From Oopsacas minuta (Eukaryota; Animalia; Porifera): a stretch of 64,000 nucleotides of DNA. The stretch covers positions 744,001-808,000 of the forward strand of contig JAKMXF010000033.1 of the NCBI GenBank assembly GCA_024704765.1, written 5' to 3'. Of the stretch, positions 1-12,564 are shown piece after piece. Under the pieces are notes generated by a model that was not told where the DNA came from, did not search any database, and worked only from the letters and a program-made list of their open reading frames with translations. The first letter of the stretch is position 1. Each line of letters opens with the position of its first letter. The translations under genes were made by a program, and so were the position numbers.

Positions 1-976
1 GATTCTCTACACTCTTCGCTCTGCTAGCAAACCTTAAAGTACTATGTGTCTCTTCTATACTAGCTGTAGTCACGGTACATATTATTACTGTCTTAGCATT
101 ACCTCCCAGAGAAGATTCTAGAATACGAGTTAATTTAGAGTCACGGTACGGAACATAAGAATCTTTCTTAGCTTCAGTCAATCTTCTAATCACACTACCA
201 AGTGTGAGGAGAGATTTATTTATGAATGTTCCTTCTTTGAATCTCGCACCATCTCCAGTTGTAGCGCTAGCCCTCTCAGAGCCAGCTAGATCCACCATAT
301 TCAATTGTGACACCTTGATAGTCCCTTCATCGCCCATCTTACTCTCTAATATCAGACGTAATAGTGTGTGAGAACGAGAGCTACGTTCATTCATATTAGT
401 CTTCCCCGTGTGTCTATTCCTCTCTCCATTTATCAGACATATATCAATACTAGAATAGTCTGTAATATGTGCTTCAGTGAGGTTAGCAACATAAGGTATA
501 CGATCATCAGTTTCTCTGATGACAAGGTTTGTGTTTGATGGGTTTAGTAAATCCACAATAGCCTCATTGTATATTTCCATGTATGATAGTCGTAATACAA
601 ACTCACAATTATTAGATAATTCAATATGCTTGAATAGACCAGTGAATGTGAATGGGATAATACCAGGTAATTCAGGTGCACCCATCATTGTATAGGTTTT
701 ACCAGAAGAAGTCTGTCCGTATGCAAATACAGTACCATTGAATCCTTCTACCACTGACTGTACGATGGGAGCTACTAGCTGATCGTATAGGAGAGTAGTA
801 GGGGCTGTGTGATCATATACGTAATCAAATGAGTAGTTAGTGTTAGGTAGGACTTTACCTACTCCATTCAACTGACAGATGGTATTGTTTTGTACTCGCC
901 AATTGTTCCTACCTTCCTCTAGCTCCTCTCGTTCTATAATAGGACGTGCACGGATAGCAACTTTTATCTTTTCCAT
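1..976 (-). CDS. CENPE: Kinesin-7/CENP-E-like motor domain; 5' part of the gene, runs off the window start
   Basis: Manual translation from ATG at 976: MEKIKVAIRARP...FAYGQTSSGKTYTM (P-loop)...NERSSRSH (switch I)...DLAGSE (switch II)...PYRDSKLTRILESSLGGNAKT...LRFASRAK. Not in the ORF track because the stop lies outside the window. CENP-E subfamily call rests on the GQTSSGKTYTM motif. Confidence 0.85.
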   Translation of the reverse strand, partial: MEKIKVAIRARPIIEREELEEGRNNWRVQNNTICQLNGVGKVLPNTNYSFDYVYDHTAPTTLLYDQLVAPIVQSVVEGFNGTVFAYGQTSSGKTYTMMGAPELPGIIPFTFTGLFKHIELSNNCEFVLRLSYMEIYNEAIVDLLNPSNTNLVIRETDDRIPYVANLTEAHITDYSSIDICLINGERNRHTGKTNMNERSSRSHTLLRLILESKMGDEGTIKVSQLNMVDLAGSERASATTGDGARFKEGTFINKSLLTLGSVIRRLTEAKKDSYVPYRDSKLTRILESSLGGNAKTVIICTVTTASIEETHSTLRFASRAKSVEN

Positions 977-1172
977 ATGAAAACAAAACTAAGAGAAAAG
1001 TATTACAAATATTAGAATACCGAATCATTTATCATAGCTATGTAAGCTGAAAGACGTTGAGGATGGCTATTCTGCATGGTCAAACCAATTTGAAATTCAA
1101 TCAAGTTTATCTTCTAATATCCGTGCCAATTGTTAACTAACTAATTATAATTACGTATTTATCTCTTATACG

Positions 1173-1212
1173 TATACAGGTAAACTTCCCAAAGCGGAAG
1201 TTTACCTGTATA
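1173..1212. repeat. 40-bp palindromic mini-element (collapsed MITE-like)
   Basis: Perfect 17-bp arms TATACAGGTAAACTTCC (1173-1189) and GGAAGTTTACCTGTATA (1196-1212) around a 6-nt loop. A similar end (GGAGGTTTACTTGTA) occurs near 1595-1609. Confidence 0.6.
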
Positions 1213-1894
1213 TAAGATACAGCAATCCCATTCCACCGATTGATTTTCCTATATACAAATAGCACTTCTTGAACCTCTGAGATAGGACACCTCCAACATT
1301 TATATTCTATATTATCTAATTGTAGTAATTTAAGAAACTAGAGGTGTCCGTATTAAGGCTGGGTAGCCACAACATCCTTCATTTTATCAATTTTATGTCC
1401 ATAAAGATTATAGACAATAGATACGGAATCTCTAGGCCAAAACTTGCTCCTGGCTTAATCGGTTTTCAATAACCATTAGTAATACTTATTATTGTCAGAA
1501 TCCGATAATTCGGCCTTAAAAAATATAATAAGTGCGTATAATGGCAATCTCTGAGATACAGCACAATAGTATTGTCCCGATTATGTCGTATCTCGGAGGT
1601 TTACTTGTATTAACACTTTAGTACACCGCCGCGGCTTATAAAATGTTTCAATATCCTTCCATATATAGAAGGAAATATTGATTGTTCTACAATTATGAGC
1701 CAGATGAGTATATACGAGCATATTAGTTCCCAGAATACAGTGGTTCAAATACCAATGCAATTAGCTGGGAAGGTATTCCCTGTGGCCCATCTTTATTAAT
1801 AAATCTAATAGATGGATAAATATATTAAAATAAGAATATGAGTATCAGGATTATCGTATCATATCTCTTGAACAAACTATTATTAGATTCAGCA

Positions 1895-2420
1895 TTTGTT
1901 GAAATTCCTCAAAGTCAAGAACTATTGTATCAGCATCAACCTCATTCATTATTGCATCTACTTCTTCGTCAGTTATAACTTCCCCCAGCGTTTTCTAAAA
2001 TTTTTTAACTCATCATGATCGATATATCAGTCACCATTCTTGTCGAAAACAGCAAACATTCGTAGAATCTTAGAATCTTTTGATGTCTGCTAGTTATCAA
2101 TGGCTACCTTATGTTCCATATGCTGTATAAACTCGGCTAATTTATCTTACCATTATTGTTAACGTCTGCAGTTTTCATTAGAGGCTTTATTTCTTTGTAA
2201 TTCGTATACAAACCCATGCCTAGAAGTAGTTCTCTAATCTCTGATATAGTGACAGAACTATATCTATCCTTGTCAATAAGATAAATAGGTTTGTGAAGTA
2301 CTCTCTGTACTTGTTCTTCTGAGGGTATACAATATCTGACATTTCTTTCAAAATATACGAAGACGGATTGGAAGAATGCCAAAAATCTTCTTTCTGGATA
2401 ATTATCTTGAGTAGACTGTA
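1895..2420 (-). pseudogene. Calmodulin/centrin-like EF-hand pseudogene
   Basis: EF-hand-like loops DKDRYSSVTISE, DVNNNGKIN(fs)LAEF, FDKNGD*YIDHDE, then TLGEVITDEEVDAIMNEVDAD...DFEEF. These are spread over several frames with at least two frameshifts and in-frame stops. Confidence 0.7.
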
Positions 2421-2634
2421 CTTAGGTTGGGAAATTGATAAATCTCAAGAGTGAGAGAACTGAGAATTTCTAACAAGTACAGGCTCAGTTTGCCTATTAC
2501 CAAGTCGGATTCTGTACGAATTTCCCTTGCTAATACGCGAACTTGCTATTAGGAAAATAACACTGTATAATTTACAAGAATTAATTACTCAGCAACTTAT
2601 ATGAATAATATTACTTATAAATACATAACAAAGC

Positions 2635-3405
2635 TTATATTGTTGTGTGTATATAACTAAATTTAGGTTTAACCTTCAATGGATCATATGGTAACCAGCT
2701 GATTTCTCCTTTGATTATTTTCAGAGAAGACCAGCTTTCTGTATGCCTAGCTTGACGCCTAATATACTGCACCAGAGCTTCTACATGCAGAACACATTCA
2801 GGATCAGATTTGAAGAAGTTTCTCCACACAGCAGAAGCTAGAATAGAGTCAGTAGACATTATTCCTTCATCATATGCCATTATAAGCCCTAAGAATTGAG
2901 TACCCATCATATATAGAGTCTTTTTAACCTGCATAGAACTAAGATCACCCAGTTCTCTCATTCTATACTCCACATCTTTCCAGAAGAGAGATATCAATCC
3001 GTTATTAATTAATTTTCCATTCTCTTCTTCCTGTTTGAACCTGACTAAGCACAACCACATATGTATCTGCATAATAAGAAACCAGGATTGAAGTGTATCG
3101 GGTAGCTTCAATTGAGAGAAGAATTCTCCAAACTCTACCTCTTTCAAACATACGTCATAGATCCGTATACAAGTATTCTCCAGTTGATATTGCTTCATGC
3201 TCTCTCCATACACCCAGAGATAAGCTTTGTTATACCATTTGGCTATACGTGGTCTGAGATCGTGTGGAATAAGATGTTTGGGAGGGGATAGAGATTTGTT
3301 GGTAGTAGCAGGTTCTGGTTCTGTTGAATAATAGGGGAAATGAGAGGTAACATTTCTACTACCATTCAATATATTTACTAAGCTAATGTTAGCTCTGCGT
3401 AGCAT
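2635..3405 (-). CDS. UQCC1: Ubiquinol-cytochrome c reductase complex assembly factor 1 (CBP3 family)
   Basis: LPDTLQSWFLIMQIHMWLCLVRF and AYDEGIMSTDSILASAVWRNFF motifs; single exon. Confidence 0.9.
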   Translation of the reverse strand: MLRRANISLVNILNGSRNVTSHFPYYSTEPEPATTNKSLSPPKHLIPHDLRPRIAKWYNKAYLWVYGESMKQYQLENTCIRIYDVCLKEVEFGEFFSQLKLPDTLQSWFLIMQIHMWLCLVRFKQEEENGKLINNGLISLFWKDVEYRMRELGDLSSMQVKKTLYMMGTQFLGLIMAYDEGIMSTDSILASAVWRNFFKSDPECVLHVEALVQYIRRQARHTESWSSLKIIKGEISWLPYDPLKVKPKFSYIHTTI

Positions 3406-4073
3406 TGCGTATAACTACAAACATTGAATATCGATTAGACAAAAAACAAATGAGTAAGATTACATGAATCGCAATGAGCACCAATCGGTAACTGCTGAAG
3501 TACAATTAATTAAGATAATTCATTTAACAGTAAGTATAATATATTTACGTTATGGGATGCATGCAAAGGAATTAATTAATTGTGTATTTTGGAATTTACC
3601 TATCTCTGAGAAGATAGAAATTATACAGGAAGAAGGGGCTAGTATATTTTTACCATATAAGGCTATGCCAGGAGATTAGAATCTTTATAATAGTTCTGAT
3701 TAATGTATTTGTTGAAATTTGAGAACTTTTAAGACAATTCTCCTTTCTGAGATTATCTGGTGCAGTTCTTCCTCTTTAGTTACGCGGGTTATCAGTCCAA
3801 CTACCACTTCGTTGAGAGTATGTTTGAGTAAGTTGCTAATAGTGTAATTCCTCTCTAAATAAGGATCAGGTGGTCTGGAAATTGTTTCCCATCTTAACAA
3901 CATCTAAGAAATTTAGTTATACAGTTAAGAAATAATTTATAAATCTGAAGAACATGTTCTTAGAGAGTGAATATATAGCGCTTATATGATCAGACTGGTT
4001 ATGAGCACAATAGTCTGGAAAACGGTTCGCATATATTTTCATGTATGATTAGTTTATTTATTTATTCAGGTTA

Positions 4074-4235
4074 TACATACACTTCTGCTTATAAGAACAT
4101 ATTTGGTACTCCCAAGGGTGTTCTTATAAGAGATAGCCATTGTACTTACGACATACCAATTATAAGAAAACATGCCCGGAAATAAGGACAGTATATGCAA
4201 TCCCGATGATGTTCTTATAACCGTCATGTACTGTA
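4074..4235. mobile_element. Putative short MITE with imperfect TIRs
   Basis: Left end TACATACACTTCTGCTTATAAGAACAT resembles the reverse complement of the right end, TACAGTACATGACGGTTATAAGAACAT. Internal TTATAAGAA repeats. Confidence 0.4.
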
Positions 4236-4304
4236 CTGTATTGACAAAAATCTATGTAAGATTATGGTAAACAGTTATGAAAATAATTAGAAGATTTATA
4301 AATA

Positions 4305-5198
4305 TTAAGAAAGATACTTTAATTCGTATATATCATTCCTCTTCTGCTTTCCAATAGGAATTTGGTTACGTATCATCTCAATCCTCTCAAAATCTATATC
4401 AGAATATATTATCTCTTCTTTTGAACCTGCTTTACCAACAACCTCACCCCAAGGATCACAAACAGTAGAATTACCCCATGCTACATAGCTAGCACTATCA
4501 TCTCTAGCTTGAGAAACAGCACAGCAATAACACTGATTATCCAATGCTCTTGCACGAATTAAAAGCTCCCAATGAACGGGACCAGTAGTCATGTTAAAAC
4601 AACCAGGATATATAAGAACCTTACATCCTAGTTTGTTCATTAGCATAGCTAACTCAGGGAAACGGATGTCATAACATATACCAATACCCACACGACAATA
4701 TTTCGTATCAAAATATCCTATTTTAGATCCACTAGATAGAGTATTGGATTCGAGAAATGTAATTTTGCCAGGAATGTCAATGTCAAATAAGTGAATTTTT
4801 CTGAATTTAAGTATCATATCACCGCTAGGATTGAATACAGTGGTTGTGTTATATAGTTTATCTCCGTCTCGTTCTGGGATCGACCCCCCTATTAGATATA
4901 TTCCTAATTCTTTAGCAAGACTTTTCAATTGCTCTGTTGTGTATCCAGGGATTGTCTCAGCATACTCCCCAAAGTACTGATTACCGTAAGGGCTCTGGAA
5001 GCACTCGGGTAACGATATCATTGTAGCTCCATTCTCTCTTGCCTTCCTCACCAATGAAAATGAGTGATCGATATTTTCTTGCTTGTTTTTCCCTACCAAA
5101 TTCTGAACTAATGCTATTTTCAATCCCTGTGATACTGTCCTCATGGTAGCCATATGATAGAACCTACGTAGATTAATTCCAAGGCAAGAAAGTCGCAT
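4305..5198 (-). CDS. NIT2: Omega-amidase (nitrilase family); probable true start MATMRT at 5153
   Basis: Catalytic E-K-C motifs [15 protein letters not shown] and [10 protein letters not shown]; also [13 protein letters not shown] and RALDNQ. Confidence 0.92.
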   Translation of the reverse strand: MRLSCLGINLRRFYHMATMRTVSQGLKIALVQNLVGKNKQENIDHSFSLVRKARENGATMISLPECFQSPYGNQYFGEYAETIPGYTTEQLKSLAKELGIYLIGGSIPERDGDKLYNTTTVFNPSGDMILKFRKIHLFDIDIPGKITFLESNTLSSGSKIGYFDTKYCRVGIGICYDIRFPELAMLMNKLGCKVLIYPGCFNMTTGPVHWELLIRARALDNQCYCCAVSQARDDSASYVAWGNSTVCDPWGEVVGKAGSKEEIIYSDIDFERIEMIRNQIPIGKQKRNDIYELKYLS

Positions 5199-6291
5199 AG
5201 AAAGTACACAATATTCAAGAAACTAAATAATCAAATTCAAATAATGAAAGGCAAATATATATAATAGGATTAGGTAATATGTTATAGCTGAATTCGTAAT
5301 AGACATAGGGTTGGTTAGACCATCTCGATAAGAGCGGTAATTATTAATTAATAAATCAATGATGTCTTGTGACTAAAATTGATATTTATTATATATATAC
5401 AATCGTGGTGAGATTGTATCTTAATAAAACAATTGAAATCTGAGAATATGAACCTAAAATGTAGCAACTCATAAATACCTAACTATAAGGACCGGTCCTT
5501 CCACTAGGCGAGCTATATAGTCGCTTAGGGCGGCATCAGGGTAAGAATCATACAGAGTTTTCAGAACGCGGTCCTATTCTTGATTTCTGTATCTTTTATA
5601 CGCCTAAATCAACAAAATTATGTTATGACATGGGATAAGGACCATGGATATCGCTAAATGTTTGAAAATTCGCGCTCCTTACGCAAAATCCTTTTAAAAT
5701 CGTACGGCGCTTATTCTTTTGGTGGGTATTTCGTAATACGTAATGTTTTCTACAATTTTTGAAAATTCACTGAATTTGGAAAACTAATTTATCCTAATTT
5801 GTTGCATAGTCAAATGAGGTCTGGGAGCATTTTTCTAGCCCCGATGCATTATTCAGCATTATTCAGGGAAATACGGTACGTCTATACGGAATATCCCATA
5901 AGCCGTTCAAGACTCTCCAGTTGGAGAGAATTTCCATATAACTGTATGCCTCAAAGAATAAAAGTGTTTCTAGTTTCTAGAATTATATCCCTCCAGCTGC
6001 AACTGTTGTAACTCCTACTGATAATTAATTAATCCCTAATATTATTTGATATTATTTCATTAGTGTACATCCAGTCATGTAATGACATAATATTCAACTA
6101 AATTACATCTATGATTACATAAATGATGCAGTAACCCAAATTAACTGCAATTTCCCCCAAAATAATCATCCTCGCGATGGCTATGATAATAAATGATATA
6201 TATGTATATATATATATATATATACATGTGTAGGAGACTAGCTCATGCAAATAATAGCAATACAAATACTTAGCAGAGAATTGCAGGAAAA

Positions 6292-7428
6292 ATGAATATT
6301 ATTATTGACCCATATAAGGAGATTCTTCATATATTTAATTTAATACTTGCAATAATTTGGTTACCTACATTATGCCTGAATGTACTCTGGTTAATCATAT
6401 GCATCAAACGGTGTTGTAATGTAGTTATATGTTACAGAGTTTGTAAACGGAATCCTCTTCTACATCCCATCTATAGAGATGTACAGTATTTATCTCAACA
6501 GAGGAAACTCTACAATCTGAAGACACACATTATAAAGTATGTTCTAGTAATTATGTGTCTGGGTGTTGAGATAACTGTGGGAACTTTTATGTATATTTGT
6601 GCAGCCATTGAAAAGGTTACAAGCTATAATATTGTGTTTGATCAAATCAGAAATTTCCAATCTTCCTATCCATCCTGCAATATTCATACGTTCTTTTTAC
6701 ATATATTAGCATATCCTTGGATTATTTTCATTTATCATTTTATCTTCTTCGCCTTCTACTTTAAATTCACCCTAGTATCCATCCTGACTCGTTACCTAGC
6801 AGCTAGATATATGAATCACACTTTTAAGAGAACTCTCATTAAATACATAATCTGGTTAAGTGTGCAGTTACTTATTGTATCTGTCTGTTCCACTCTCTAT
6901 ACTTTTATTCTATCTTTTCTACTCTTTCCCTTACTTGCTGTAATCAATTGGTTAGTGGTGTTGAGAGATAGTCTGATTCTCACTAGAGTCCTCCAATCAA
7001 ACTTGAGAGAACTCAAGTTTCATTCTAACAATAAGGTTCTGTATAGAGAACAACTACAGGCATATAAGTTCTATCGATTCTTTCAGATAACTCTTCTCTT
7101 CTCACTTCTTCTAATTGTTATTAGTATTGTCATAGCTAAATTTCGCACTTTGTTTATGTTGATATTTTACTCGTATTGCTCACTAAACTATATTTATGGA
7201 TATACTCATCATAATAAATTTCCGCTGAATCCTCCAATGATACACAGTACTTTAACAATTATCGAAAGATTTAGCTCTATTAACTACGGAATATCCAATT
7301 TACTTCCTCTTATTTGTGTAACCTTACTGCCACTAATTCTGGAATGTATTAAGAGATACAAATCTCGTTATATCGTGTACAGATACAATTATGATAACAT
7401 ACAGCCTCTGCTGAGAAGACCTCTCTAA
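6292..7428 (+). CDS. Seven-TM (GPCR-like) membrane protein of a lineage-specific family
   Basis: 378-aa single-exon ORF with about 7 long hydrophobic segments. Paralogous fragments at 11945-12530 and 13412-13505; similar architecture to 54123-55307. Confidence 0.6.
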   Translation: MNIIIDPYKEILHIFNLILAIIWLPTLCLNVLWLIICIKRCCNVVICYRVCKRNPLLHPIYRDVQYLSQQRKLYNLKTHIIKYVLVIMCLGVEITVGTFMYICAAIEKVTSYNIVFDQIRNFQSSYPSCNIHTFFLHILAYPWIIFIYHFIFFAFYFKFTLVSILTRYLAARYMNHTFKRTLIKYIIWLSVQLLIVSVCSTLYTFILSFLLFPLLAVINWLVVLRDSLILTRVLQSNLRELKFHSNNKVLYREQLQAYKFYRFFQITLLFSLLLIVISIVIAKFRTLFMLIFYSYCSLNYIYGYTHHNKFPLNPPMIHSTLTIIERFSSINYGISNLLPLICVTLLPLILECIKRYKSRYIVYRYNYDNIQPLLRRPL

Positions 7429-8739
7429 TCAACACTCGTTATCGCCTCCAAATTATATGTTATATCGTATAACTATAATCAGAGACGAACTGGTTCCACT
7501 GGCCATTAGCCGGCAAGACCTAAGAAATATATTAAATCGGATGTCCTTTAGATAAGAATTATTATGTATTTGCTTTATTATAAATTTATATTGACGTCAT
7601 TCATTATGTATGTATGTATACTAATACATTTAAAAACTAAATATATATGTTTCGTTACTTTGCTTAAAATGACTTTAGTTAAAGAGGCTCTAAGGGCTAC
7701 CGAGGCCGGTAGAAATTATGACCTAGTCCATCACTAAATATACTAATCGAATAGTGGCAATAAACTATATTCTGTATTCCTTAATCTATATTGAATTTGC
7801 CACAGGATTCTACTTTTCTAGGAATTTTTGGTGCAAATTTAATATAAATCAAAGAGAATGAAAACACAGTAATTTAGAATTATATAGCGTCCTACACAAA
7901 AGTATCTTGACGCTCCATGTTTTCCATCATGTTGTAATTGAGTATGTAATTTCTTATTAATTTACTAATATAAAGTAGGGACGTCGTTACGAGGGGTAAG
8001 GTTTTTTCACGGATTTAACAGGAAGTATGGCCAGAGGAGGACCAATAAATTTCATCCGCGAGTTACGAAAGCACCTTATTAGGCTTATTTTTCCTATCTT
8101 ATCAATCACATTTCCAGATCAGTTTACCTAAAATAGGCATAAAACTGAAATGGACCTAGGGCTTTAGCCCGAACAGCCCTATGGCAAATCCGTCACTAGT
8201 CTGGGGGTTTTCCACGGCTCAAAATAGTGTTTCCGGCCCTGCAAAATTTTACGGCACCCATGCTGCTACAACATTAAATAACTTTCTACTGTCACGTAGC
8301 TTGGAATCTTGAAACAATTTCTCATAACTTCGTTAAGCCCGCCAAACACGATGTAACTTTGTTGCATGCAATTTTCTTGCACGCAACAAAGTAGCATCGT
8401 GTAGGCTTAATACACACTTGGCTAATATTATTTTTTGAATGACTTTGTGTATATGCCTGTGACTATGGTGGATACATCCGCTCATCGTAAAATTGAAAAT
8501 TAATTCTTAGGTTAATAAGATATATCATTGATAATTCGGTGATATAACATATTTTGAGGGTAAGATGCAAGCGAAGCGAGCCGAAATTTTACAGTTTGCA
8601 CTTTGCTCATCATGGCGTACTAATGATAAACCGTCCAGACCATATTTGGCGCTATGGATGGACTAATATGGAACTACAAGAACTAGTACAAAGCTACAAA
8701 CTATCTATCCATTAACAACACTACCAAAAATTGTATTTA

Positions 8740-11064
8740 TTATTCTTTCACTGTCTTCTTGATCTTACTGTCTTGCTTACCCCATGTATCAACTCTATTC
8801 TGTGAAAACAAATTCCCCTTCTTGATAACAATGTCAAGTATAGTTTTATACACTTGAGATTGTTTGAGGTAAGATCTGGAGATGAAATGCAATGCAGTGA
8901 TAACCAGTATTAGAACGTAAATGATAAAATATAGAAATACCGGATGTGTCAATACGTCACAAAATGTATTCACAAAGCTGCTACTCACCGCTAGCTCAGA
9001 AATTGGCTGAAGGAAATAGGCGTATTCCACAAAGGGACCACAATTACCTGATGGCTGAAATCTTAAGAGTGCGAATAATACTCCTAACATGGATGCGAGA
9101 TAAGTTGCAATCAGGAGATAGGTGTAAAACAGGTTATTGTTGGTGACGTCATCTGAAACAGTGCCAAGAGAGGGGTCTTTGAAATATTTACAAGCAACCA
9201 GCTTTAAATAGAACAGGAGCGGGTAGGCAAGGAAGGCGAAGAGTGGAAGAACTGGACAGAAAAAGAAACCGAGGAAAATCAATGCCTGAAAGTAAATCAA
9301 ATCGAGTATATGCTTAATAACCTGGAAGGTAGGTCGAACTGTTATCAAGTTGTATACTGTATTAACCATTTTGCCAGATCTCCCCAGTCCTAGCGTATTG
9401 TGGATAGAAATTTTGTGTTTATTTATAAAATGCCTGCTAGTGTTTAGAAGTAATTCAACTGCCAAGGTAATCGCTACATATGTAACAGCTAGACGATAGA
9501 ATTCCTTTCCTATATATTCCTCCCAACACATCTCTGAATTACAATCAGGATCTGGTATGGTAGTATTATAGTATCCAAACGAATTTATCCAATCATTAAC
9601 CGTTTCATCACCGAAAAAGATTGTATTGTTCTGTGGAAATTTTGAGTTCTTATCCAATGCATTAGAAGTTGTAAATAATATTGTTGTTACTGTAAACAGT
9701 GATGCCAAGCGGATTAATATTAAGCGTATCAGCGTTACGTTAACCTCTGTTCTCTTTGACTGGTAGTACTCTAACGCTGAGAATTGAATGAAGATAATCT
9801 GTAATACTTTAATAATAACGAATACAGTAACTGTATTGATTAATCCAGGAATATTGATACCAATTAATCCAACGGTAAACCCACAACGTGCAGAATAAGC
9901 CCATATATTTGTGAATAACACAATGACAGCTGATAGTAACAGCAAGAAGATAGTCAGAGAATTGAAGAATATCCTAACCAGCACGATCTTAAGGATTCCC
10001 CTCCAAGTATCTCCAATGAATTTTCTACGTTTAATTTCGGATAGAAAACGTCTATAAATGACGTCATGATGCTTCGATGTAGCTACATCCTTAGTTATAC
10101 CGAAGTCCCAAGCTCCGAATGTCATATTTGAAACATGTAAATCAGATGAAGTGAGTAGCGGAGTCACAGATTGGTTAAACTGATATCCATACTGAATAGT
10201 CATAGACACAAGATACGTGAGTAGAACTACGAATGACGTCAGGAGGTATGCTAGTGGGATATTATGATGAAATTCAGTGATTTCGGAATCGACGTGGTAT
10301 GCTCCGTAGAAAAACTCTGTCTGTCCATACCAACCATATCCTGATATGAATCCCAACAGATCTCCTCGCAATGAGAACTTAGATCGACGAGTTAGAGTAT
10401 CATTCAGATTGTAACCGTAGTTATAGATCATTTGCGGAATAAAAATGAATGAAGCTGTCAACAGAAATGGAAGGATGCTCATGAGAAATAGGAACCTGAT
10501 GAAACGGAAGTAAGTACCGACAGTAGAACCTAATTGCTCTTCTAATGACTTTATAGCGCCACGCCATAATACCATATATGATAGTACACGAGTTAACACA
10601 ATCTGAAACACATTCCACTTCTTCTTAAACTCTACTCGATAACTTTTCTGATCCTGCTGCAGGTGTCTAGTTCTCAGGTCTCTACGTTCCCTTGCTAATT
10701 GGGGGCGGTTTATACCAAGAATAGGGAGTACAGTGATATCCCCTGGGGTTGAGGTTTTGGTATCAGTAAGCTCCTGATAACGGTTCATTTTGTTAGAATC
10801 AATGGCTATGTCTATGTCAACACCTGTTATATCTGGGCGTTGTCTTGCTTTCCTCAGAACATCATCTAATAGTTGTGATACGTATTCTTCAACCGAATTA
10901 TACGATTCAACACCTTCATCCAAATTCGATTCTACATCTCTAGGAACTAAATTCAAACGGTCTAACTCTAAGCCCAATTCTTCTGTAGCATTAGAAGTGC
11001 TTGAATGTATATTGTGCTCAAGAAGTGTATGTGTTATTTCTGCGTTAGAGCATATAGTGGCCAT
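8740..11064 (-). CDS. Transmembrane channel-like (TMC) protein
   Basis: TMC family motifs: GAIKSLEEQLGSTVGTYFRFIRFL, CWEEYIGKEFYRL, LDLIYFQALIFLGFFFCPVLP, PSGNCGPF; single exon, 774 aa. Confidence 0.9.
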   Translation of the reverse strand: MATICSNAEITHTLLEHNIHSSTSNATEELGLELDRLNLVPRDVESNLDEGVESYNSVEEYVSQLLDDVLRKARQRPDITGVDIDIAIDSNKMNRYQELTDTKTSTPGDITVLPILGINRPQLARERRDLRTRHLQQDQKSYRVEFKKKWNVFQIVLTRVLSYMVLWRGAIKSLEEQLGSTVGTYFRFIRFLFLMSILPFLLTASFIFIPQMIYNYGYNLNDTLTRRSKFSLRGDLLGFISGYGWYGQTEFFYGAYHVDSEITEFHHNIPLAYLLTSFVVLLTYLVSMTIQYGYQFNQSVTPLLTSSDLHVSNMTFGAWDFGITKDVATSKHHDVIYRRFLSEIKRRKFIGDTWRGILKIVLVRIFFNSLTIFLLLLSAVIVLFTNIWAYSARCGFTVGLIGINIPGLINTVTVFVIIKVLQIIFIQFSALEYYQSKRTEVNVTLIRLILIRLASLFTVTTILFTTSNALDKNSKFPQNNTIFFGDETVNDWINSFGYYNTTIPDPDCNSEMCWEEYIGKEFYRLAVTYVAITLAVELLLNTSRHFINKHKISIHNTLGLGRSGKMVNTVYNLITVRPTFQVIKHILDLIYFQALIFLGFFFCPVLPLFAFLAYPLLFYLKLVACKYFKDPSLGTVSDDVTNNNLFYTYLLIATYLASMLGVLFALLRFQPSGNCGPFVEYAYFLQPISELAVSSSFVNTFCDVLTHPVFLYFIIYVLILVITALHFISRSYLKQSQVYKTILDIVIKKGNLFSQNRVDTWGKQDSKIKKTVKE

Positions 11065-11944
11065 TATCGTATATGTTATATGCTATGAATTCATTATTAC
11101 TCCTATTTATCTAATAATATTTTGTGCTAGCACAAACGCACAATAGAATTTTTCCATATAGTCATATTATTAATTATCTCAAGGTAATGTTGTAGTAACT
11201 GTAGTAAACAATATAATACAATAACATGCAGACGTAGGTTAATTAATTAATCATTTAGAACCATCTGGGTTCTACGTGCTAAAGGTATTACCATTACCAT
11301 CAAGTCTATATTATGTAATTCTGAATTAACTCTCTTTCTTAAGCACATAAATATTGTATCAACAAATTAATTCAAACTTTAGTAATATTTGTGCCTGTCT
11401 AAATGGTCACTCAAAGAACTGTCTGTCCAACAGTCAACTATACCACCCTTATAAGCTACATAGTATATCTCCACGATTGTTTTGTAGACGATTAAAATGA
11501 ATTGTTCACTGAATAAATGATTGGGGGATATACTTGTAATCTAAAACTGTAGCTTGTGGTTTATGGAAGCATTGAGCCATATCACTACAGGATTTATACA
11601 AAGTTAAAGACGTATTAATATTTAAATCAGCTTCTGGTTCAATAAATTTAGTTGATTCCTTCTTACAAATATTAGTATATTCCATACAACATAACATCCT
11701 AGGATGTATTATTAATATCTAGTTGTACATACATTGACACAATTTAATATCTAAGAAAATTAGTTATCGAGGGGATTAGTCGTGTCTCCAGGCTGTTTAT
11801 TGTCATAATTTGTATCTGGAAACCATTTAAAGTGATTTGTACCTCTTAACCCACGATAGCATCTGGAATTTACAATCAATAGAAAATTTTCAATTGAAAT
11901 TCAATTTACTTTCAGTTTCAATTTCAGTTTAGGGTAAATTGGTG

Positions 11945-12530
11945 AGTTAATGCATTCCTGTATTAGAGGGAGTAAGGTTACACTAATATGAGGAAGAAAT
12001 TGGATATTGTGTAGATTGTAAAAAAACGATAACAAATTTAGAAGGGATGTATTTCAGTATCGGTGGAATTAAGAAATTGAATATCTATTCCATGTTTAAA
12101 CCCATAAGCAATTCTTAGTAAACAGAACGAGTTAAATAAGCTAGGGAGTTCACAAATATGTATATCATGACTGCGATAACAAGAAACAAAAGCGAGAAGA
12201 GAAGAGTTATCTGAAAGAATCGATAGAACTTATATGCCTGTAGTTGTTCTCTATATAGAACCTTATTGTTAGAATGAAACTTGAGTTCTCTCAAGTTTGA
12301 TTGGAGGACTCTAGTGAGAATCAGACTATCTCTCAACACCACTAACCAATTGATTACAGCAAGTAAGGGAAAGAGTAGAAAAGATAGAATAAAAGTATAG
12401 AGAGTGGAACAGACAGATGCAATAAGTAACTGCACACTTAACCAGATTATGTATTTAATGAGAGTTCTCTTAAAAGTGTGATTCACATATCTAGCAGCTA
12501 GGTAACGAGTCAGGATGGATAGGAATGTGA
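11945..12530 (-). pseudogene. 5'-truncated degenerate paralog of the 7TM gene at 6292-7428
   Basis: Near-identical to about 6776-7120 (MNHTFKRTLIKYIIWLSVQLLI...YKFYRFFQITLLFSLL). More diverged downstream, with a premature stop, and still matching about 7290-7350 near 11945-12010. Confidence 0.8.
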
Positions 12531-12564
12531 ATCGAAATAATATATTGAAAAAGATGGAATTAAA

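Noticed and set aside
6196-6225. (TA)n tract upstream of the 7TM gene
   Set aside because: Ordinary microsatellite.
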